From: Octopus bimaculoides
Lineage: Eukaryota
Reading direction: 5' to 3'
Assembly (NCBI RefSeq): GCF_001194135.2
Contig: NC_068982.1
Location: 178,513,539 to 178,552,453 of the forward strand
Length of the DNA: 38,915 nucleotides
Shown here: positions 26,528 through 37,001 of the stretch, piece after piece
How the letters are laid out: each line of letters begins with the position of its first letter
Numbering within the stretch: position 1 is the stretch's first letter
Position numbers and translations under genes: made by a program
The notes under the pieces: generated by a model
Databases searched by the model: none
Seen by the model: only the letters and a program-made list of their open reading frames with translations
What the model was told of the DNA's origin: nothing

Positions 26528-27126
26528 TATAGGTGAAAGTATGTCATCTTGGAAAATGCCACAGTTGATATTAATACTGTTTGAAGTCAGTACTCGATTA
26601 GAGTGGTATAGCTGGAAGTTCGTATTCCTGACTGACATGTGCTTCAGGAAGTTTGAAATTACTGGAGAAATTTTAAAGATGTCTAGCGATTTTAAGATCT
26701 ATGAATGCGGTATGCTGTCAAAGGCCTCTTTATAATCATTCTGTGCGGAACTCAAATTTATGCATTTGTTATGAGAGTTCTCAAGGATCATGCGATTAAT
26801 TAAGTGTTGATCTTTTTGATCAATGGGGAAAATATCGTTCTGATCCATAAATGGGTATGTTTTCTCCACGAGGAAGGATGTTAAAATTTTATACGTGGCA
26901 GATAGACAGGTTATGGGCCGATGGATTTGGGGAAATTTGGTTTCATTATTCTTTGGAAGTAGGTAAGAATAACCACTTGTTAACCACTTGTTAACCACTT
27001 GTTAACCAATTAGGTGTTTTCTTAGGATCTCTCATAATTTCATTGAATAGCTGAAATAACTTTTCGTGTGTGCATGGGAGCGATGCGAGTCGGATATTCG
27101 GCACCCTATCTTTACCAGGGGATTTT
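26528..27126 (-). mobile_element. Second R4/Dong-like LINE reverse transcriptase fragment (pseudogenised)
   Basis: KSPGKDRVPN...TPNWLT, then WLTSGYSYLLPKNNETKFPQIHRPITCLSATYKILTSFL...DYKEAFDSIPHS*ILKSLDIFKISPVISNFLK...NINCGIFQDDILSP. It carries one stop, a deletion and an 11-bp tandem expansion. Confidence 0.9.
26970..27008. repeat. 11-bp tandem repeat (TAACCACTTGT) x3.5
   Basis: Exact copies at 26970, 26981 and 26992, with a partial copy at 27003. Confidence 0.95.
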
Positions 27127-27148
27127 CAATTGTTTTATCTCTATTTTG

Positions 27149-27331
27149 TTTGACTCAGGTTCTGTCTTATTCCTGGTAGGATTTATGTGGGTAGCGGGTT
27201 ACTACTTATAAACCTTAGGTATCCACAAGTTTTCAGTAATCTTTCAAGTGTCTTAGAACCCTCCGGATAATTATTGCTGTCTCTAAGAGACAAAGTTTCT
27301 GTAGGAGGTCTACAGGGCATTCTATTCCAAC
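27149..27331 (-). mobile_element. 3' end of an R4/Dong-like LINE
   Basis: Minus translation LLQKLCLLETAIIIRRVLRH (LQK..LLGTA.I.RRVL terminus), followed by a short 3' UTR. Confidence 0.65.
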
Positions 27332-27365
27332 TTATTATTATTATTATTATTATTGTTGTTGTTTA

Positions 27366-27580
27366 GACAGCGAACTGGCAGAATCGTTAGCATGTCGGAC
27401 AAAAGGCTTAGTAGAATTTCTTCCTGTTATTTACGTTTTTTGTTCAAATGTCGACGTGTCAACTTTGCATTTCATCCTTTCAGGATTGACAAAACAAAGT
27501 ACCAATAAAGTACTGGAGTCGTTGAATTCGACTAACCACCTCCCACTAAAATTACTGGCATTGTGCTCAAATTAGAAAGA
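27366..27580 (+). mobile_element. Diverged OK-like SINE
   Basis: GAACTGGCAGAATCGTTAGCA head and CTTTGCATTTCATCCTTTCAGG body, homologous to 11662-11877. Confidence 0.8.
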
Positions 27581-27909
27581 GTAGGTATCGTCACAATCGT
27601 TATCATCGTCCCCGTCGTCGTCATCGTCATCATCATCATCATCATCACTGAGTGAGAGAGTAGCGCATGCCATCAAAGTGACACTGGGGTAAAATATATG
27701 AAACCTAATGAAAAATTAATCAAATATAGTGAAATCAAGTATAGTGAAAATGAAATAATCAGGATCTAGAATATAAAATTAAAGGTAGCATCAATGATAC
27801 TTAGAACACTAAATATGATAAAAATCATATCAAGGTTCATAACTTTACACACAGCCCAAAACATAGATCTTTTATGAATAACACATATCCTATGACGCGG
27901 TTGAATATC

Positions 27910-28087
27910 GGTTGCAAATTTTGACACAATGTCAGCAATCTCGAAAGAGAGGTAAGTCGATTACATCGACCCCAGTACTCAACTGGTACATATTTTATCG
28001 ACTCCGAAAAGACAAAAGGCAAAATCGACCGTGGCGGAATTTGAACTCATTTCGTCCGGTGTACTAACGATTCTGCCAGCAACCACC
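27910..28087 (-). mobile_element. OK-like SINE with internal deletion
   Basis: Reverse complement of the family; deletion junction GAACTCA|TTTCGTCCGG. Confidence 0.85.
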
Positions 28088-28096
28088 TTGATGCGG

Positions 28097-28825
28097 TGAT
28101 CGAATCAGCAGTTAAGTCTACTGGGATATCAGCGGAGAATACCCTTGATAATTATATCCTGATAGTTTCCTTTTGATCTGATCAATCTAGTATAAGTGCG
28201 CAGAGTATAAGTGGTTTGAGTTGTGTTCTTTCAACAGGAAGGTTTCGTATTGGGTAGCTGTTATTTGCAGAGAGTGTATTGTATGAGTTATGCTAATGAA
28301 CTAAAAGTGTCTTATAGAATGTGTTGTGCATAGAAGATCTATGACTTGGGATGTGTGTAAAGTTATGAAGATTGGTATGTTGTTTTATATTTTTATCATA
28401 TTTAGTGCTATCTTTAATTTTATATTATACGTCTTGTTTATTTCATTTTCACTATACATGGTTTCACTATATTTGATTCATTTTTCATGTCGTTCCGTGT
28501 CATGTCTTGGTCAGAAGAAATCGAGATGATATCTACTAGAGAGGCGACATTTTCGTTCCAGTCCTGAGTAATTATAAATATGATATAGTCTAATGTATGC
28601 AATTTAAGTAATATAACGGGTTGAAAAACTTCAATCAGCGGAGATTACCCTTGATAATTATATCTTGACAGTTTCCTTTTGATCTGATCAATCTAGACAG
28701 ACATGCTCCAGACAATTGCTATCACATAGTTGTCACGTATCTTATATAATTTATATCATTTCTTATTCGTTTTCACGTCGATGTGTTGCCACATATCCCA
28801 GTAGACTTAACTGCTGATTCGATCA
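28097..28825. repeat. 33-bp perfect inverted repeat enclosing a 63-bp direct repeat
   Basis: 28097-28129 is the exact reverse complement of 28793-28825; 28128-28190 matches 28634-28696 at 60/63. Confidence 0.95.
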
Positions 28826-30994
28826 TAGCTGTGAATATATTCGAAGTTGACAAGGACTGGGCAGTCGGAAATAAAATGCTAAACTTTCTTACTGTACTAA
28901 ATGCAAATTCTACGCTTGAAATTAGCTACGTTGTTTTTGTAATTATTTGTGGTTAAACATTACTTTATGCAGCCAAAATCAGACCTGCCCAGAACTTGTT
29001 AATCTTGTTAATGATTGTTGGGTTTATGAGGTAAATAGTTCACTAACATATAATAATAAGTACACGTATTTCAAATGAAGAAGCTTCATAAAACAAATGT
29101 GAAAGGGAAATTGAATGCTCAGTAATTAGCTTCCTGGATACTTTAGGTGAGATAAAGTCTCTGTTGTAAAGAATACCATTTTCTAAAGTTAACCCGTGTT
29201 CGTGTTCGGTATGTCTATAAGGCTTTTCAGCATTGAGACCTTTCATTTATATCTTTTTTATTCTGGAAAGTGTTTGGCTTTGTATCGGATAGACGTAATG
29301 TTTATAAAGTTATGCGGTCAAATTGCAACATGTCTCTTCTCACTCAGTGTATACAACGTATTATCAGCATTATCTCTGACCCACTGTGGTGTGGCCTAAT
29401 GCTAATGCTGGAAATCCATATTATGAGTGACATTAAGTCATGAATAATATTTAACTATTAACTATGAAACTTAAATATTTTCCATAATTAATGAGGTGAT
29501 AACATATCTCATGATTTAAGGAATTTGGTTGCAAAAAATTCAATGTGGAAGATTTAGCCTGTCTGTACGTATTCTCCAAGGAAAATGTTGCATTTCAAAC
29601 ATCTGAAGAAAATGTTACTTGTAGTCGTTATCACAAAACTTTCAAATACAATTATCCAAAGAACTAATCAACTGTAAAAATCAATACGAAAAAAAATGCT
29701 GGCTATTCCGATCCCGACCAATAAATCAATGGTAATGATCAAGGGAAATTAATCAGCCATAATAACATTGACGAAGTCAATAATCAAAACTAATGAAGAC
29801 AATGTTCAGTGCAGATTAGTAGCAGTTTTGTCTCGAATTTCCATAGGAAATAATCGATTCCAACAAACATATCCTCACCCTGAAAATCAGGTTTATTTTT
29901 CAACTACTATGTAAAACTGGAATCGGTTCAATTTAAAAGAAATATTATTGACAAGGAATTTCCAGCTTGAACTATTTTGGGTACTTGCTTCAAAATATAA
30001 CTAAAAGAACACTGGAATAGTACTAACATGTTCAATTCCTATTTAGGTGAATATTTAATTAATTTACAACTCAATTTCCACTAAGATGAAAATTAAATAA
30101 TAATTGGAAGTCTTAATGAAAATATAGATTCAACATAATAGTTTTATCACCGCCAGATATGGTGGTACCCTGTAGCATAACTGGTATATAAATATTTTAA
30201 TCTTTGTACATGTTATCCGTCTGATTAACGGGCGCATGTATATTCTAGAAAGTTAATAAATTTCATTATTAAACTTAAGAATTATTTGGAACCAATTCTT
30301 TAGTTTCTTTGTTTCGTGACTTCACTATTAATTGTCACTTTCTTCCATAGAACTATAGTTGATGTATTTTAGTGAATAACACATCTTATTTGCAACTCTG
30401 CATATAATTTACTAATAAGTTAATAAGTTAATAAATTATAGCTAATAAGGCAACCATAAGTAATGATGTTAGAAATGAGCTTTCACATTGAAAAGCGCAC
30501 TTAGCTGTCAATGGAATAAATTTGAATCCTCAGAAGCGAGATCCCGAGGCGTATACAGTCAGAATTAGTGAAATGAATTTTTAAAATAAGCTAGAGGAAT
30601 TTCAGATGTAATTATATCTTACATAAATGAGAATAAAGTTTCAAATATAGTTGTTTATTGAATCACGCAGCTTTGAGGAGATGACAGATCACTGTAGATT
30701 CATTATATTATGCTTAAAGCGTACACGCATTTCAAACTTATGAACATATTTATTATTTACAGAACTCAGAGAAAAACTGCGATCATCAGAATGGTAAACT
30801 TTATGAATACAATTATATACTTTAATCTTCATTAAAATAGCTTACAGGAAGGAGAAATATAAAAAGCCAACACCATATAAGCATTGTTTCAGGCCTACCG
30901 TGATTCCTTCTCTAGATATGCACAAGAATACTAAGTCAATTGAAATACCTGACCGTCAAAATTAGATGCTATCATGTATATACAAGGTGTCACA

Positions 30995-30995
<1 letters not shown>

Positions 30996-31066
<71 letters not shown>
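30996..31066. repeat. (TA)n microsatellite
   Basis: About 35 perfect units. Confidence 0.98.
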
Positions 31067-31068
<2 letters not shown>

Positions 31069-31712
31069 ATTTATATATATTTATTTACAGTTGACATAGT
31101 AAATGACTCCAGCGTATACTCACAAAGACCTTCCCCTAACCACCTTTAATGTTACCAATTTTTCCCCTACTCTTCACCCTCTCCTTTTCTGTACTGTGAT
31201 TCTCTTTCTTAACAACTTTAGATATTTTGCTGCACCCATATTTTATTTCTTCACAACTATGCTTTTTGTTTTTTGTTCTCTCACTCTGTGCTTTCCACTC
31301 ATTTTCGATCAAACTTCCTGATGTTAACCTGGAATCCCTTAATAACAGTATAAGCTTCATTTAACTAAGGTATCTTCGGCCTGATAAATAGCTAGTGGAG
31401 TACACCTCAAATAATTACTACTTCCGAGGTTCTGCTAGTTAGGAAACATATTTAACTTGGATTTTACTTGCTCCATTCCCTAAATTTTGATTTTTATTCA
31501 TATACATAGCAACCCCAATTACTAAACGTGAACTATAAATTAATTTTTTAGTTTATCGTACTTCGAGACGGGAAAAATCTATAACCTTCTACACCAATAA
31601 ATCTCAATTGTTCCAGAAAGTTGTTTTTTATACCTTCAACAGACTGCTCGAAGCTTACTAGCGTACTACATCTGGATCTTTGGATCTTACCTTAACATAT
31701 TATATATATATA

Positions 31713-31764
31713 GTACTACTGATGAGCTTTAATTTCAAGCGAAATTGACTTGCCAATTTAGTAC
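31713..31764 (+). ncRNA. Type I hammerhead ribozyme motif (complete catalytic core)
   Basis: Stem I GTACTA (31713-18) / TAGTAC (31759-64); core CTGATGA (31719-25); stem II GCTT/AAGC with loop TAATTTC; GAA (31741-43); stem III ATTG/CAAT with loop ACTTGC. The NUH triplet is AUU, with predicted cleavage after 31758. All conserved core positions and all three helices are present without mismatch. Confidence 0.85.
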
Positions 31765-31945
31765 CCTCGCTATCGAGCCGTTTACTCTTTCTCAGTACAT
31801 AGACTTGTGCTATGTTTGTGGCTATAAGAGTCTTTGACTCTTATTTCTAGCAATGTAGGTGCTACAATGCACCATCAGTCACTATTAGTGACAATTGAAT
31901 TCTTCGTTTTTGGTTTTATATTGCGTCTAACCACCTTTATTATTT

Positions 31946-33124
31946 ATATATTTTAATATCCTTCTATACGTTGGATATATAGATTTCACAATGACTCTCG
32001 TCACATCATCTCAACCTTTCAGATTTACTTCCTAGGGAAGTTTAATATTTCTTCCGTTTGTTTCCTCTTTCTTGTACTGCTACGCTTAGGTTCAACTTCT
32101 TGTGGTGCTTGAACATCAAAGGTGTAGTAGGGCATTCCATGAGTATCTTTTCTTTCTTGATTTTGGGTGATATGGCGTAGTAGGGATGTGTTCAATTGTG
32201 TACATATTGCAAAAATGTTAAAACTCCTCATACACTGCATACCGTTATCTGATACTACGGCGTCCGGGACACCATATCTTGCAAGACGTTCATGAAGAAA
32301 TTCTATTGTTACCTTTGAGGTTGGTTTCCTACATCTACATATTTCGGCCACTTAGTATAACTATCTACTACAATCAGGTAATACACACCATTTATTGGTC
32401 TAGCAAAATCTATATGAAGCATGTTCTATGGACTGTCGGTTTTAGGCCACGGTTGGAATTTTACCGGTGGTGACTTGTTTGGAGGGGCACAGCCTGTGCA
32501 GGAATTCACCGGCACTTCAATGTACGCCAATATATGTAACTTTAGTTCTCTTATTCATTAATGATTTCATTCTCGAAATCCTTTAATAAACACTGTTGTA
32601 GTACGACTGGCACTACGGCTCTTTGTGCATACATCAACACATTATCACACAGTGAGAAATGGTTCGCATTTGTGTTGCACATGTTTTTGTTTTCTTTAGT
32701 CTCCAGTGTTTATCGCTCTCCGATTTTGATTTTATGTCTGGTAACGTAACTAGCAGTTCACGCACAAAATATTTTATATTTAATTTTCCGCTCGCAAAAC
32801 GGCAATCACAGTATCTTCGAATGGTTCCGCATTTTTTGAAATCGGTCTTGATAGACAACCCGCATGACTTAATTTTTTTATATTCTTCTATACGTTGCAT
32901 ATCCAGATTTCACGAAACGAGGATAAACACAACTGCCTTCACACGACGCGACGTACTTTAAATTACTCCACTAGACACACTTCAATAAATAGGCTACTTC
33001 AATAAATGCAAATTCTCAACGAACTCAACGTCTTCTCTCATCTCAACCCATACGCTACTTTCTATAAGAGTTCAGCTAGTCCATTTCTCCCAATCCCACA
33101 GGGGTGTCAATGACTCTCGCCATA
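31946..33124 (-). mobile_element. Internally deleted Ty3/Gypsy LTR retrotransposon with LTR remnants
   Basis: Pol remnants: LSHAGCLSRPI (GHAD.LSR-like), VRELLVTLPDIK, LCDNVLMYAQRAVVP, SRMKSLM, and integrase core EFLHERLARYGVPDAVVSDNG. LTR-like direct matches: 31989-32005 vs 33108-33124 (15/17) and 31961-31989 vs 32885-32913 (26/29). Confidence 0.8.
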
Positions 33125-33225
<101 letters not shown>

Positions 33226-33869
33226 TATATAGAACGCGTATTTATGCATATATACATACGTATGCATACATTTAACTCTACATAAATTAGCGATATACAT
33301 CGGTACACGATGATTATGTATTATCCCTACACCCATACCTATGATATGTGTTTGTCTGTTTGTCTATCCGTCTATATTTATTGATATACTAGAAGCTACG
33401 TTATTTCCTTATTGCCAGTGACGAATGGCCCATGCGCTTGGTTACGTTGGTAAATATCTAAACCCTTATCCGTTTAGAGTTTTCTGTTACATGCATATTA
33501 CAAGCTACCACGCATTTTCCAACTAAAATATGTACGTGGAACAGTAAAAGTATACGACAAATCTGAAGTTCCACATATTACTCTGCACTGTGCTTTTTCC
33601 GTTATCTAAATTCTAGCATCGTAATTTTGTTTCTCTAGTTTCTTCTTCATAGGGATACATAAATACTTTGAAATGATAATATGAATAAATAATGATGGTG
33701 CTGTCAAGTGCAGGCAAGCAAGCATTGATAACAACTAAAGATGTGGTTTTGGCGAGAGTTTCATGTTCAATTATTCGAAGCTGAAGTAGTTTAGATGCGT
33801 AACTGGCTTTGTTCTGTTATGAATAGGAACACGTTTTACCCACAACTAAGCGTTATTTAGACCATTGAA

Positions 33870-35100
33870 TACAAAATACATGGTAATAACATGGAATTTC
33901 ATTTTGATGACCCCCAGTGACAATGATAACCACACCGATACATATTTCAGGCTCAACAGAAGTGTCATACACCAGCAGGAAGACTTTAAAAGTATTCTAC
34001 ATAGAATTTACATTATGGTCTATTCAGTTAGCTATCAGAAATGATTAAAAAATTATTGGGAACACACACACCATGTTTTAAACTACCCCGTCAAACAGCA
34101 TTGACTAAATGAATATAATGTTCTTTGAACAATGTCTATTACGTACAGCAATTATTGCCCTAGGATCCTATGATGCGGGTCAATTTGCAAAATATATCAT
34201 AAAACTAAGTAAAAGTTGCCACAGAAGATAATGGCACCGTCATCCTTATCATAGGATGAAGAATCTATATGATGGTTTGAACTGCTAGAGATAACAGCTG
34301 AACCACTCGAAAATAGTATTGTATCGTTTTAAGATGAAAATGACATGTTAGATAATGTAGTCATAGATAACAAAATGTTCTTATTAGCAAAATACAGTTG
34401 ACAAAACAATACTTTATTTACAGTGTTCTTCAAAGGAAAATATTGATGGTCAAGTTTAGAACATATCCGAGCGCAAATATACTCAGTCAGCGTATACATG
34501 AGACTTTAGAATAGCAACAGTTCTTCATATATATGCTTCTATATAAAACTAGAGATTACTTTAAAATACATACAAATTGACACGATTTAAATTCGCAGTG
34601 TTAGAAAAATCATTTCAATTTCCATAGCTATCGTCGGCAAAGAGACTATTTTTTTATGAGAGTAAGAAAAGTATAACTATGGACATGATAAAAGCTCTTG
34701 ACAATATCAGAGTACAATATATGAAAACGTGATAACATGTCGGAGAACCAGTGTTTCCCCGTATAAGCTTGCTATCACGCTAAGAAAAGTGTTTGCATAT
34801 CAACATAATCAGTCTAGCCGGGTAAGAAAACTAAAACATTTCAAGAGCCTGCAACGCCGCAAAATCGACATATGCATACCGTCACTATATATAATGTGAA
34901 CGACAAATTCATAACACGCCAACTACATTGCATGGAGAGATCTGAATAAAATGTATGGAGATTCTACACTTCATACTCTCGAGGGGAAATTAATAATTTC
35001 AAAGCATGAAAAACTCCATTATCAGAAAATACTACTTCAATGAGCCAGTATTAATCACAAGTTTGCTACCAAGCTACAGGCTGTACACCGGAAGATGAAA
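33870..35100 (-). mobile_element. Possible highly decayed Helitron PIF1-type helicase remnant
   Basis: Only short motif-like words in the expected order on the minus strand: SSSGV (~35090), HALKL (~35000), ALQALE (~34850), RAIIAVRN (~34150) and IVTG (~33920). There is no continuous frame. Confidence 0.3.
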
Positions 35101-35653
35101 GGAATCAATGTCTCTGTAAAAGCGCGTTTTCTTAAGAAGATTTTAAAACATTTTCTTTTAAGATCTGAAATGAAAAGACGGATTTCAATTATGACGCATC
35201 ATAGTTGAATATAATCGAGAAGGAACATTGCACCAATATGAACCATCATGTTTACACCAACCATCAAGTCTCGACAAGCATTATAGTTAATATAGTGAAG
35301 AAGCAATTTTGTACTAATATCAATAGTAAAACATACATCATACACTTAGCCTGAATTTATGGAAAAGCTACAAAATGGTAAGGTAGCAAAAAGATATTTA
35401 GTTGGATACTGGTATATAATTGTTTGCGGTCTATAGAGAGGCACTTACGTGTATATCTAAGAGGACCCCGGAAAGTAAAATTGATGGAAGTGAAAGGTTG
35501 TTTTTTTCTTATGGGTGTGATCTAATTTTCTGCTCTTGGCAAGAACAAGAAATGCAACGATATCAGTGGTTTTAGGACAAATATAGTATATGTGAGTGTT
35601 GTGTGTATTGATGTATGCATATCTTAGTGTCTGCGTTTAGACGTTTATACTGG

Positions 35654-35749
35654 TTTATACTTGCTATACGTTTATACTTGCTATACGTTTATACTTGCTA
35701 TACGTTTATACTTGCTATACGTTTATACTTGCTATACGTTTATACTTGC
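35654..35749. repeat. 17-bp minisatellite (TTTATACTTGCTATACG) x5.6
   Basis: Five exact units plus an 11-bp partial unit. Confidence 0.97.
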
Positions 35750-36171
35750 GCGTGTGTGTTTGCATGTGTGTATGTGTCTGTGAGCAAGTGCGCGTGCATG
35801 TACATGTGTGTGTGTGTGTGCGCGTGTATGAAAGCGTACATGTGTGTGTCTGTAAATGTACATGTGTACGTGTAAGTGTTGAAAGGGGAAATATTTGAAG
35901 GAGGGGGATATACTAAGGGTGTCTTAAATGCCCTTAGTAGTTATAATGTTCGTTAGGGTTGAGGTCCGGTTTCATGCTTTTCAGAAAGTAGTATTAAGGA
36001 TTAAAAGAGGGAGAAAGAAAGTGATTCTGTTTTGTTAGTTCCTATATCGAGTTAAAATATGGCAGTGATGTTGTGGCAGATATTGTATATGCGTAACGCG
36101 TCCCGTGTATGCGTGCATTCTGTGCGTGTGCATGTGATTGGGTGTGTTTGTGTGTGCGTGTGTGCGTGCGC

Positions 36172-36221
<50 letters not shown>

Positions 36222-36394
36222 CGGTACCGATTATTGCTTGTGCTTCTATGTCTATGTCCAATTGAGTAGGTATTGGTTTATGAACGTCAATGACTGGAGT
36301 ATGCTTGTTTTTTTTTGTGGAACACACACACAGAAACACACAAATATAAACGCATACATAAATATGTACGTATATATGCATGTATATACATACA

Positions 36395-36560
36395 TAGGCG
36401 TGGCTGTGTGGTAAGAAGCTTGTTTCCTAACTACATGGTTCCGGGTTCAGTCCTACTGCGTGGGACCTTGCGCAGGTGTCTTCTACTATAGCCTCGGGCC
36501 GAGCAATACCTTTGTGAGTGGATTTGATAGACGGAAACTGAAAAAAGCTCGTCGTATATA
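36395..36560 (+). mobile_element. 5' half of a tRNA-derived SINE ending in (TA)n
   Basis: A box TGGCTGTGTGG, B box GGTTCAGTCC, and CORE-like ACCTTGCGCAGGTGTCTTCTACTATAGCC. Confidence 0.85.
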
Positions 36561-36573
36561 TGTATACATATAT

Positions 36574-36620
<47 letters not shown>

Positions 36621-36929
36621 NNNNNNNNNNNNNNNNNNNNNNATATGTATATATGTATTTATGTGTGAATACATATATTCACACATAGAATAGGTACTGG
36701 GCTTATATATATATATATATATATATATACAACGTGCGTAATGAAGCTGTCAAAATACCTTTACCTTGTTTTTTTGTGTGTTTATTTCAACATTATGTAA
36801 CTCCTGTTACCCCGCAGTATCATATCTGTATCTATTCTATTTTTTATAACACGCATTATACGTGTACGAAAGTTTAACTTGCATGATTTGACAAAATACT
36901 GACCATATGTTTCTATATCTATATGTATA

Positions 36930-36932
<3 letters not shown>

Positions 36933-36991
<59 letters not shown>
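36933..36991. repeat. (TC)n microsatellite
   Basis: About 29 units grading into (TATC)n. Confidence 0.98.

Positions 36992-37001
<10 letters not shown>

Noticed and set aside
29043-29400. Short ORFs in moderately complex sequence
   Set aside because: No recognisable motif and no continuous frame.
8455-30789. Other CTGANGA words (8493, 12529, 22280, 30527, 30783 minus; 2797, 29603 plus)
   Set aside because: None has a stem II followed by GAAA plus stems III and I.
31318-31365. CCTGATGTT after a pyrimidine-rich tract, 400 bp upstream of the real hammerhead (possible tandem partner)
   Set aside because: It lacks A9, GAAA and any similarity to the 31713 flanks.
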